Shown: piece after piece, positions 52,510 to 64,000 of the stretch
How the letters are laid out: each line of letters opens with the position of its first letter
Position numbering within the stretch: the stretch's first letter is position 1
Position numbers and translations under genes: made by a program
Assembly (NCBI RefSeq): GCF_006345805.1
Contig: NW_021833422.1
Coordinates: forward strand, 11,413 to 75,412
DNA: 64,000 nt
Direction of reading: 5' to 3'
Source of the DNA: Octopus sinensis
Taxonomy: Eukaryota
Notes under the pieces: generated by a model
Told to the model about the DNA's origin: nothing
Seen by the model: only the letters and a program-made list of their open reading frames with translations
Databases searched by the model: none

Positions 52510-52998
52510 TAATAAATAAAATATATGCATACATACAAACTTATATGTACGTACCTACATCTACATGTATATATACATGCATATATAAATATATATACGT
52601 GAGTACAGGACACCACAACTAGACGTAGAACTCAACGAGAAACGAAAACGGAAAAGCCATTTTTTACAACAGAAAAACAGAGACGTGGAACTCAACGCGA
52701 AACGAAAACGGGAAAAACATTTTTTTACAACAGAAGAACAAAGTACAGGACATACTACACAAGGAAAAATCCCCAATCATCAGCTGTCGCTAGTTAGACT
52801 CAAGCGTGTTTCGAAGGCAAGACAGGACACGACTCGTCAAAACTAGGCCTTCCTGCGAGAGAATTAAAATAAAATTACCTCGCAGAGGGGTAAAACAAGC
52901 AAGAAAAACATGTAACACAAACAGGACGTAACAATAAAACTGCACAATAAAATAAACAAGAAAACAAACGAAAAGGCCTTTTTTCTGGCAAGACGGAG
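52505..52998 (-). mobile_element. Solo copy of the 35025-36260 repeat family
   Basis: Colinear similarity over ~490 bp. Confidence 0.85.
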
Positions 52999-53000
52999 TA

Positions 53001-53042
<42 letters not shown>

Positions 53043-53043
<1 letters not shown>

Positions 53044-53442
53044 GAGCAAAACGCCCCCCACCCGCCGTCCAATGGACGGTGCTGAGTTGTCAAATATTTA
53101 CACCAAATTTCTTGGTCTCTTAAATATACTGCATTTTGTGGCATTATTTCAAGCCAGCCGGCTTTTTTTGCGCAAACTGCACGTGCATTTTTCTTGCGTA
53201 CGCGTAGTATCGATCTCAACAGCTGATGTATTTGCGCGTACAAATGCACGTTCCCACGGCTTTATCGATCGCATTCTCACCTGCAATCGATTTATGTAAT
53301 TTTTTTGAAGACTTATACACGCCCTGATACCGTCGGTATCTACATATCAAATTTGAGCGCAATCGGATGGAGGATGCCCGAGATCCTAGAAGACACACAC
53401 ACACACACAGACAGACAGACAGAACGGATTTTATATAATAGA
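53043..53442 (-). mobile_element. Non-autonomous Helitron-like element
   Basis: rc A|TCtattatataaaa..ctgtctgtctg start; 3' hairpin ccgtccattggacgg; CTcG|T end. Confidence 0.7.
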
Positions 53443-55154
53443 TCACCACACCTCCAAACATTTGATCATATATAAAAAAATTACCATGGTTCTTAAGCAT
53501 ATAAAATATACATATACAAAAAACACAGACAGTAAAAAATATATGCGAATAAAAATACAAATATATACAACGGCTTATCAAAAAGGTAAATACAATCGAC
53601 TAAAAATTCTAAGGCGTGTCATGCTACTAAAGATATAAATAAACTACAATAAAATAAAATATCAATCGAATAAAAAAATTATTAAAAAATGTTTTACTCC
53701 CCTTACACAAAAGAGTACGTCCAAAATGTTCAATTAATAGGACCAACACCTCACTCTCACCTGTCGCGGAGAAGTGTATTTCTCGTCGCCATTCAGCAGG
53801 GGGAGCAGATCTTTGGACCCTCTCAGCCGGGCTTCTGCAGTAACATCCAAATCCTACGACTTGATGTCGGCAAGACTTCCGCCCCCACCAAAAACAAAAA
53901 AAAAAACAAAACAAAAACAAACACTTTTAAAAACTGTTTTTTTTCTCGACACAAACCCCACTTTTCGGCTACGGGGAATACGGATCTGCAAAAAAATTGG
54001 CAAAAATCGACATTTCTAAATTACCACTCCCACCCCCCATTTCTTTCATTTTAAACTTTTTTCACATTTTCTTTTTTAAATATGTGTAAAAATATGGAGA
54101 TTATGATTCTGAAAAAAATTTCCAAAATCTTTGTAACATCAGGCCACGTACCTTTAAACAACCAAAGTGATAAGCCATAAACGTCTTACCTTAAATTATT
54201 CTGAATTTTCAAGTGGTGGGGAGTCTCCACCTCATTTTTTTTCCTCTCGCGGGATCGGAGCAGGTAATCCTTGGAAGCTGGAATGATGGAAGTCCATTCT
54301 CGTAGTACTAACAGTCTTCCTAAATTTGTTCTCAAGGATTCTGAGGGTTTTTTTTTTTTACTGACTTCATAAATGTCGTAGTTCTTAAACTTGTCTGAAA
54401 TTTCGTCCATGCGTATCGCTGTATCTCTAAGTTTCAAGTCTCTCATTAATTCTGCTTCATCCGTATTAACCACCATCAATCCTCTTTCGTGTTTTCTTGG
54501 ATCCCGAGTCCGAGGTCGCGCTTTGGGATTGTGTAGTAAGCTGCATCTTCTGTTTTTTTACATATACAAAAACAAAAAAAAAATTCGTTCAACGACGCAT
54601 GGCTAATTTAAAGATAATAACCCCTCACAGGACGAGTCCAAATTTTCTGACACACTCAAAAAAAAAAAAAGAAAGAAAACACGAATTATTGAATTATCTC
54701 ATTGCTAAACATGCAGGTGGCTGTTGTTAATAGAAATTTTAACTATCCGGTTTCGAAACCACGTAAAGCTAAATATTATTTACCACATAAAATTTTGTTT
54801 CTATACACTTTCAGAAAAGTAGAAGAAAACTTACGGTTTCAAAAAGGGATCACCTCAGTAAATTTATTTAAAGATTTAGGCCCGAAAGACTCAAGGATGG
54901 CAAGGGATTCCATTACACATAACTTAAACTTGTGAATAAGGGGCCCTCGATATAACAGACCATTCAAGACAATAACTTTCATTATTCCTCTTTAAACCAT
55001 GTATATAAGAGGCAAGTGTAGTAGAGTTACAATATATTTCGAACAAAGCCGACCACGTAACTTAGCGGTTCGGCAAAAGACACGGTGTTCCAGCATGGAC
55101 GCAGTTAAATGACTGAAACAAATAAAAGAGTAAAAAAATATATATATATAAAGT

Positions 55155-55355
55155 TAATTCAAACAAGAAAGCACAAAAAAAAAAACACAACGCGAGGACG
55201 TGGAACAAATATAGTATTATTGGACGCTCAGGAAAGAAGGAAAGAAGGAGGTTTTAACGTTTCGAGTGGAGCTCTTCGTCAGAAACATAGGAGAAGGAAA
55301 GATCCAGAGAAGGGAAGACAGAGGAAAAAATCGCCAACGGTACACACGAGGTCAT
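55155..55355 (-). mobile_element. Short repeat with a minimal hammerhead motif (55251-55286)
   Basis: rc gttt-CTGACGA-a-gag-ctcca-ctc-GAAACGTTA-aaac. Confidence 0.72.
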
Positions 55356-55375
55356 ATATATATGTATATACCCGA

Positions 55376-55700
55376 ATCCGAGGTCGACTTTGCCTTTCAT
55401 CCTTTCGGGGTCGATAAATTAAGTACCAGTTACGCACTGGAGTCGATATAAACGACTTAATCCGTTTGTCTGTCCTTGTTTGTCCCCTCTGTGTTTAGCC
55501 CCTTGTGGGTAGTAAAGAAATAGGTATTTCGTCTGTCTTTACGATCTGAGTTCAAATTCCGCCCAGGTCGACTTTGCCTTTTATCCCATCGGGGTCGATA
55601 AATTAAGCACCAATTGGGTACGGGTGTCGATCTAATAGACTGCCCCCCCCCCCACCAAAGAAAAAAATTGGGGGGCCTTGTGCCTAGAGTAGAAAAGATA
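55376..55700 (+). mobile_element. 5'-truncated SINE B (tail 1) abutting the 3' part of a SINE B (tail 2)
   Basis: Junction aaagaaata|ggtatttcgtctgt at 55523. Confidence 0.85.
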
Positions 55701-55819
55701 ATGACTTCGAATTTTCGGCCATCGGATTAGCGTAAAATTGATTTATCATAACTAAACATAACTCCATGTTCTGAGTTCAAATTCTACCCAGGTCGACATT
55801 GCTTTTCATCCGTTCGGGT

Positions 55820-56865
55820 GCATCGCTCGTGAGTTCGGCATTCCCGAACGTTTCGTCGACACCTTTCGGAGCCTTTACCGCGAGTCAAGGTGCTGTGTTC
55901 GAACGGAGACGGGCTACACCGACTACTTTGCCATTGAGACTGGTGTGCCGCAAGGGTGCATTCTAGCCTCTCTTCTATTTCTTATGACGATCGACTTCGT
56001 CATGCGTGGAGCGATGCGTCAACGCTGATTTGCGATTCCGGGGTGTGGGTCGGGGCACCTGACTGATCTCGACTTCACCGATGATATCGCATTCCTCGGA
56101 TCATATCGCACAGTGACAGAGAAATTGGAACGGGAGGCGGCCAAGATCGGATACTGCATAAGTGCAAACAAGACGAAGATCAATGAGGACTGGATATGTC
56201 GATGGGAACAACAATGGCGTCCCCTTGATGATTAGACAACACCAAATCGAGGAAGTTGATGAGTTCACCTATTTGGACAGAGTCGTGGCTAGCGACGAAG
56301 ACGCCGAACGCAACGTTGCCTGCCGGATTGGGAAGACCTCGGCTGTCTTTCAAAGACTCAAACGCATCTGGGCAGGCAGAGCGATCTCCACCATGACCAA
56401 CGTGCAACTCTTCAACAGTATCGTCATACCATCGGCAATAAATGCTGCAGAAACGTTGAAGACATCGGCAGAGGTCGTGCAAAGAAGGCTCAATGTATTT
56501 CAGCTACGATGCCTCCGGCGGTTACTGCGAATATCATACGAGGATCACATCGCCAACAACGAAATACATCACCGAACTGATATTCGTCCACTCCATGACA
56601 TTGTCATTGAGTGCCGCTTGCGATTCCCAAGACATGTCCTCCGATTACCATCGTCGCGGCATGCCAAAACCGCCATCCTGTGGGAGCTACCGCATGGCAA
56701 GGGAAAACAAGGGCCACCAAAAGCGACTTGGTGCCGCACCTTCATCGATGATCTCAAAGCCGTTGACATTTTATGGGATGAAGCTAAAATCGCCGCGCCG
56801 ACCGATCACGCTGGAGAAGAGTTGACGCCCACTGCACCACGCGGCACAGGAGGACCTAAGACCAA
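55820..56865 (+). mobile_element. 5'-truncated RTE-clade LINE (RT C-terminal half)
   Basis: FGIPERFV..ETGVPQGCILASLLF, DLDFTDDIA, IEEVDEFTYL, FQLRCLRRLLRISYED; tail ggaggacctaag. Confidence 0.92.
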
Positions 56866-56874
56866 GTTTAACCC

Positions 56875-57065
56875 CCACCCATCATCGCTTGACAATCGAT
56901 GTTGGCGTGTATACGTCCCCGTAACTTGATAGTTCGGCAAAACAGACCGATAGAATAAGTAATAGGCTTACAAAGAATAAGTCTTAGGGTTGATTTGTTC
57001 GACTAAAGGCGGTGCTCCAGCCTGGCCGCAGTCAGTGACTGAAGCAAGTAAAAGAATAAAAGAAT
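56875..57065 (+). mobile_element. SINE family A, 3' half
   Basis: Matches the A tail. Confidence 0.85.
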
Positions 57066-57480
57066 ACACACACACACACACACATATATACATATACATA
57101 TATAATTATACATGCATATATAATTTTACATATATATATTCACATATATATGTGCATATATGAATGCATGTATGTGTATATATATGTAAATGCATGTATA
57201 TGTGGGTGTGTGCGTGCATGTGTGCGTGCGTGTGTGTGTGCGTGTGTGTATGTTATCCAAGTGTGTTGTTGTAGCAAGAGGGTGTAAGTCTCACTTGAAA
57301 TCCGATGATAGATTTGACTCTTTATAATTTATGGGATTTAATTGTGTAAACTCTCAGAAGGACGACTGCCTCGTTGACAACTAATTCATAACTGCGACCA
57401 ACATTTTTGTTTTATATATGGACGTAAGCGCTTGTGTATGTATGGTTGTATGTGTATATATATATATATTAATATAAATA

Positions 57481-59125
57481 TCTCTCTATATATAAAACTG
57501 AGAATGTGTGTCTGTCTGTGTGTTTCCCTAAAACTTGAGAACTACACAACCAATTTCATTCAAATTTTACACATGCCTTACTTAAGGTCCGGGGAGTGTC
57601 ATCGGCAAAAAAAATGTTAACTTTTTCCCTAGGGTGACCCCACAGCAATATCATATCTTCTCCACTATTTCAGTATTACGTATTAAAAGTGAAACAAAAA
57701 CATCTCTCTTTTATAATGCAGACACTTTCATTTTAATACTGAAACTATTAAAATGAAACTACTGTATTATATAACAGGGATGAACCATTAATAGTGGTCA
57801 TCCTTTTTGCTAGAAGAAGATCCGCTATGGTCTTATATGCTACACCACTGGTTTTCAATTCATATTAATCAAATTAATATTCAATTTTTCACCCTTGTTA
57901 TATGTGTGTGTGTGTTTTAGCAATTCGTATAAAATTGCATCAATGACTTGAACTTGAATAAGTGGTTTCACATAAATGGGGATACATTAAAAAGGTTTGT
58001 TGTTATTATTATTACTGTTTGACTATTGTAATCACGTTTGTTGGTTCCTCGTCAGGGAAACGTTGTTGTGTTGCATTTGTTAATTAATTGTAAACCGTAA
58101 CCCTTCCCCTATCGGAGAAGGGGCTTTGGTTATTGTTTAAAAATTGAATTGTGTCCCTGTTTGGGGAAATTGACAATATTTTCACCGTCTTTACGGAAGC
58201 ATTTTTGTTAAAATGCCTTCGATAGAAGAAAGTCCAAAAATGAATTTCGCTGCAGCCGTACACTTCTATACAAGAGGGAGGACAAGATCCAATTGATCGA
58301 AATTCCAGTCTGTTATATATATTTTGAGTATTGTTATCACTAGCGATATCAAGATATAACTTCAAAAGACGTCGCTGTTAACAAAATTAATCAACAACTA
58401 ATGCATTCTCTTCCCGGCACTATACACACTTACAAGTCTGTTGATACAATTCCAGATATAAATGAAGTTGTGAACTATCCTCCTGAATTTCTCAAGTCAC
58501 TGGAGCCTCCTGGACTACCTCCACACATAGTACTTAAAGTTGGAACTCCTGTAATGCTACTCCGCAATCTGGAACCACCAAGACTTTGCAATGGAACACG
58601 AGTGGTGATAAAGAAAATGATGTCACACGTTATCGAGGCGATCATTCTTTCTGGATGTGGAAAAGGTGATGACGTCTTTATTCCAAGATTTCCTCTTATT
58701 CCATCAGGAGCAGAAATTCCATTTACATTCAGAAGACTGCAGTTCCCCCTTCGTGTCAGCTTTGCCATGTCCATTAACAAATCTCAGGGTCAAACCCTCT
58801 CTGTAGCTGGTCTTCTCTTGGAAGAGCCCTGCTTCTCGCATGGGCAACTGTATGTTGGCTGCTCAAGAGTAGGAACCAAAAGAAACCTTTTTGTATATGC
58901 TCCACAGGGAAAAAGAAGAAACATTGTTTACAACGAGGTGTTATAATCTCAACAGCCAGGAGGTATATACATGATCCCCTTTTTTTTAACAAACTTCGTG
59001 TACTTTCATGTATTTATATTAATATACATATATGTGTGTGTGTGTGTGTGTATCCATATATATATAACAGAAAAGTCTAATTCTTCAATTGAATGTAACC
59101 GGGCAACGCCGGGTATCTCTGCTAG
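57481..59125 (+). mobile_element. Internally deleted Helitron with both termini
   Basis: A|TC start, 3' hairpin ccgggcaacgccgg, CTAG|T end, helicase remnant. Confidence 0.9.
58401..58946 (+). pseudogene. Helitron RepHel PIF1-family helicase, C-terminal fragment
   Basis: PPH..LKVGTPVMLLRNL..LCNGTR, RRLQFPLRVSFAMSINKSQGQTL, FSHGQLYVGCSRV. Confidence 0.92.
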
Positions 59126-59169
59126 TATATATATGTGTTTATATATATATATACGTATAAATAAATTCA

Positions 59170-59391
59170 AAACAACGGAGAGCGAACAACAATACGAGGA
59201 CGTGGTACATGCAACGTATTACCAGATGCTAATGCAAGGAAAAAAAGGTGGTTATACCTTTCAAACTAAGCTCATCTTCAGAAATAGGAGACAGAGGAAA
59301 GTCCAAGAGAAAAGGCAAAAAATCGCCACGATTCACATGTGGTTACATTTTGAAAAATGATATATATATATATATATTATATATATATTAT

Positions 59392-59449
<58 letters not shown>

Positions 59450-59458
59450 GTATGTCTG

Positions 59459-59527
<69 letters not shown>

Positions 59528-59680
59528 ATGGATTATATGGATTTCCATATGTCTCCTTTTTTCCGAAGAAGAGCTCTGCTCGAAACGTAAAGCAAGCACT
59601 GCTTCTTTCCTTCTCTGAGCGTCTCATTAATACTTCACATGTACCACGTCCTCACGTTGTTGTTTTTTTCTTGTCTTTTT
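59170..59680. mobile_element. Divergent pair of hammerhead-bearing repeats, same family as 55155-55355
   Basis: Minus copy ctgaagatgagcttagtttgaaag (~59258-59283); plus copy ccgaagaagagctctgctcgaaacgta (59563-59588). Confidence 0.7.
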
Positions 59681-59787
59681 TTCTTTGTTTTTTCATTGTA
59701 TGTATGTATGTATGTATGTATGTATGTATGTATGTATGTATGTATGTATGTATGTTTGTATGTATGTATTATGAATGTATATATGTT

Positions 59788-59978
59788 GGCTGTGTGGTAA
59801 GTAATTTGCTTACCAACCGCATGGTTCCGGGTTCAGTCCCACTGCGTGGCACCTTGGGCAAGTGTCTTCTACTATAGCCTCGGGCCGATCAAAGCCTTGT
59901 GAGTGGATTTGGTAGACGGAAACTGAAAGAAGCCTGTCGTATATATGTATGTATATATATATTATATATATATATATA

Positions 59979-60022
<44 letters not shown>

Positions 60023-60238
60023 TGTGTATCTGTGTGTGTGTGTGTGTTTTGTCCCCCCAACTTCGCTTGACAACCGATGCTGGCATGTTTACGTCCCTGT
60101 AACTTAGCGGTTCGGCAAAAGAAACCGATAGAATAAGTACTATGCTTATAATACGTCCTGGGGTCGATTTGCTCGACTAAAGGCGGTGTCCAGCATGGCC
60201 GCACTCAAATGGCTGAAACAGTAAAAGGCTAAAAGAGT
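59788..60238 (+). mobile_element. SINE family A
   Basis: Matches the A consensus. Confidence 0.9.
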
Positions 60239-61089
60239 ATTATATATATATATAATTATATATATATATATATATATATTATATAATGTATATATATGTA
60301 TACACACACATACGCACATACATATTTGTATTGTATAGGAAAATAAATACATACATGCGTTCTCACACATTAACAGATATATACATACATATACACAGAC
60401 ACGCACGCACACACATATGTATACACTTATATATAATATATACGTATGTGTGTGTATATATATTGTTTTCTTATTTGTTTATTTATCGTGTCTGTGATTA
60501 GAATGATTTAGCAGGTTAATGAACATTATATATTGCGTAGCGAAGGGCTTCAAATTCTTGTTTGATGTTTGCCGGCATAAAAACTTATCCGAATTATACA
60601 TATTAGTCACGGTTTCAAAAACGTAACGAAACGAAACGACGGACTTTATTCCCGTTCTTTGATTCCACGACACATTTTTGTTCGCATTTATACAAATTTT
60701 TTGTTTAATAATTTTTTTTTCATATGAATTTTTACGATTTTTCAAAATGTAATTCTGTGCCTATAAATCAATTGAAAGGATTTACTAAAAATTCTTGATT
60801 TTCTTTCAGCGGGTTTTATTTCCTAATTTTTATTGTTGTTGTTGTTGCTGTTATGTTCTGTATTTCATTCCGTATTCCTTGTAAGATACGTTCTTTACGG
60901 TAAATTTCTTGTTATTAGTAGTCGCCTTTTATATGTATGTGTGTGTGTGTTTGTGTGTACGCGTGTGTAATATAAACATATGGTTATACTTTTCCATATT
61001 TTCCCACTTTCAAATCAAAATTATGTAATGAGCTTCCACCAAATCAACATACCAAAGGCATTTATATATATATATATATATATATGCAT

Positions 61090-61630
61090 TATCATCATCA
61101 TCATCATCGTTTAACGTCCGCTTTCCATGCTAGCATGGGTTGGGCGATTTGACTGAGGACTGGCGAACCAGATGGTTGCACCAAACTCCAACCTGATCTG
61201 GCAGAGTTTCTACAGCTGGATGCCCTTCCTAACACCAACCACTCTGAGAGTGTAGTGGGTGCTTTTACGTGCCACCGGCACAAGGGCCAGTCAGGTGGTA
61301 CTGTCGAGCTGGCAGAATCGTTAGCACGCCGGGCGAAATGCGTAGCCGTATTTCGTCTGTCGTTACGTTGTGAGTTCAAATTCCGCCGAGGTGAACTTTG
61401 CCTTTCATCCTTTCGGGGTCGATAAATTAAGTACCAGTTACGCACTGGGGTCGATGTAATCGACTTAATACCTATGTCTGTCCTTGTTTGTCCCCTCTGT
61501 GTTTAGCCCCTTGTGGGTAATAAAGAAATAGGTACTGTCAACGGCCACTCTCTAATGGCGTTCTTTTACGTGCCACCTGCACAGGAGCTAGTTCGGTGAC
61601 ACTGGCAACGACCTCGCTCGAATGTTTTTT
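61090..61630 (-). mobile_element. SINE with a V-domain-like segment and (GAT)n tail, split by a SINE B
   Basis: rc aggaagggcatccagctgtagaaac; tail aaacgatgatgatg. Confidence 0.7.
61306..61530 (+). mobile_element. SINE family B (tail 1), 9-bp TSD
   Basis: ggtactgtc at 61297-61305 and 61531-61539. Confidence 0.92.
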
Positions 61631-61920
61631 TCACAGAGCGAACGCCGACCGACGGCGCCCACGGATAGGAAGCGGCGATGCCGAGGGCGGCGGGCGGGCT
61701 TCGGGGATGGAAGGGCGAGGATGTGTACGAGATGAGGGATCGAGCGGCGGACGCGAACAGACCGGGTGGGCGTCTGTGCGTTTCGTTCGTTCGTTCGTCG
61801 TCATCTGCGCGCGTGCGACCTCACCGTTCCTCTTCCGCTGCTGCTGCTGCTGCTGCCACTGTCGGGCTCCGCGGCGTCTCGGCCGCGCGATTCGGGGCAG
61901 ACGGTGCGGCCGCATATATA

Positions 61921-62330
61921 TGGAGTGGCTGTGTGGTAAGTAGCTTCCTTACCAACCACATGGTTCCGGGTTCAGACCCACTGCGTGGCACCTTGGGCAA
62001 GTGTCTTCTACTATAGCCTCGGGCCGACCAAAGCCTTCTGAGTGGATTTGGTAGACGGAAACTGAAAGAAGCCCGTCGTATATATGTATATACATATATG
62101 TATGTGTGTATGTGTTTGTATGTCTGTGTTTGTCCTCCTAGCATTGCTTGACAACCGATGCTGGTGTGTTTATGTCCCCGTCACTTAGAGGTTCGGCAAC
62201 AGAGACCGATAGAATAAGTACTGGGCTTACAAAGTATAAGTCCCGGGGTCGATTTGCTCGACTAAAGGCGGTGCTCCAGCATGGCCGCAGTCAAATGAAT
62301 GAAACAAGTAAAAGAGTAAAGAGTAAAGAG
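61921..62330 (+). mobile_element. SINE family A
   Basis: Matches the A consensus. Confidence 0.92.
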
Positions 62331-62423
<93 letters not shown>

Positions 62424-62642
62424 CATATATATATAATATTCTTTTATTTTTAATTTTTTAATTTCTTACTTGTTTCAGCACATTTGAGTGCGGCTATGCA
62501 GGAGCAACGTCTTTAGTCGAACAAATCGACCTCAGGACTTATTCTTTGTAAGCGTATTACTTATTCTATCGGTCATTCGGTCACACACACATATATATTA
62601 TATGCACACACATATACATACATACATAATACATACATACAT

Positions 62643-62723
<81 letters not shown>

Positions 62724-63190
62724 TGTGCGTGTGTGCGTGTGTGTGTCGCTGTCTCTGTGTTTGACAACCGTTGTTGGTGTTTATGTCCCTGTAAGGTAGC
62801 AAAAGTAACAGGTAGGAAAGTTACCTGGCTCAAGAAAAACAAGCACCAGGGTAGATTTATTCGACTAAAATTCCTGGAGACTCTGTCCCTGCATGGTTGC
62901 AGTCTAATGGCTGGAACAAGAAAATTGCTAGAATACAACACCCACCTAGATATATATTGCTATTGGGCTAAATCAGATTACGTGGAGAAAGAACGAGGTG
63001 TTCGTTTAAAAAGTTAACTGAATATAAGCAATGGTTTGTACTTGCAATGGCTTGCACAGCATCTCAACTATAAAAGTACAGGTGCCGAGTGAGTCGAAAC
63101 AACAATTTTAGTGGATTTGAATACAGAATCTCATGTACTCCTTTTCTAGTCTAGACACAAGGCTTGAAATTTTGGGGCCAGGGGGGCCAG

Positions 63191-63730
63191 TTGTCAGGAA
63201 ATACAGCAAATCTCGACTCATCAGAGACACAAACTTTTCTCCGCTTGATGTTGGTTGGTCGAAGAAGTGTCTTCTTTCTCGCTGCTCTGCCATAGTAGCC
63301 AAGTTTGCGAAGACACCTGACAGCTGTTCTGGGCCTATGCCAGATATGTGACGGCGATTATCCTCCACACTTCTCTTAACAAAGAGAAGGGTCCTGTAAG
63401 AGGGCCCTGGTTGATCTGGGCGAGATGATGTGGACTCCTTCCCTTCTGTGGTGCATTGCACAATCATTCTATTAACTGTAGAAAGCGGGATCCCTAGGTT
63501 TCCAGCGATCTTATGTTGACTAAGTCCACCTTCAGATTGACCCACAATATGGCTTCTTCGAAATTCAGACAGTTCCAAGGCTTCTTTTGTATGTGGCATG
63601 ATTAAACAGTCACATTTAGAACGTGAAACATAAAAATGTCAATTGATAAAAAATACAAAACTTTACAAGTTAGAATGAACATAAAAACGATATTTTATGG
63701 AGTTTCTATTTACTTCTGTCAAGTCTGTGT
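63191..63730 (-). mobile_element. Tc1-like transposon 5' fragment (N-terminal HTH)
   Basis: [44 protein letters not shown]; TA|CAC terminus near 63730. Confidence 0.8.
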
Positions 63731-63779
63731 ACACACACACACATATTATTATTTGTTTTGTACGCTCATTTTTATACGT

Positions 63780-64000
63780 TCAAATTTTAACACAAAGCCA
63801 GTAATTTTGGGCGGTGGTTGTGGTGGTGGTGGTGGGGGTGGGGGTAAGTCGATTACATCGACCCCAGTGTGTAACTGGTACTTAATTTATCGACCCCAAA
63901 AGAATAAAAGGCAAAGTCGACCTCGGCGGAATTTGAACTCAGAACGTAGCGACAGACTAACTACCGCTAAGCATTTCACCCAGTGTACTAAAGATGCTGT
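63780..64000 (-). mobile_element. SINE family B (window edge)
   Basis: ggcaaagtcgacctcggcggaatttgaactcagaacg. Confidence 0.85.

Noticed and set aside
53700-54157. Kolobok-like transposon end (ccacgtacct|ttaa)
   Set aside because: Matching left TIR not found
54186-54479. ORF resembling a LINE ORF1 remnant
   Set aside because: No diagnostic motif; cannot be assigned without a search

Overview
AT-rich, microsatellite-dense eukaryotic DNA with no supportable host protein-coding exon. The repeat content (several tRNA-headed SINE families, long TA/CA/ATAG tracts) resembles an Octopus genome; this is inferred from pattern recognition only. Most ORF-track entries are microsatellite or SINE artefacts. 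The real coding remnants are all transposon-derived: an L1/Tx1-type LINE, RTE LINEs, an R4/Dong-like RT, a decayed Penelope-like (PLE) RT, a Helitron PIF1 helicase, and mariner and Tc1 transposases. There are two main highlights. (1) Several unrelated short non-coding repeats carry type I hammerhead ribozyme motifs and occur as fold-back or inverted-5' structures. One of them is a tRNA-headed SINE with a sense-strand hammerhead, which suggests PLE-mobilised, retrozyme-like non-autonomous elements. (2) A U6 snRNA-poly(A)-SINE chimera is inserted with a 14-bp TSD into an older copy of the same SINE group, and all four copies of that SINE subfamily end at a GGTA. SINE family letters (A-E) are working labels. 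Boundaries of degenerate elements are approximate.
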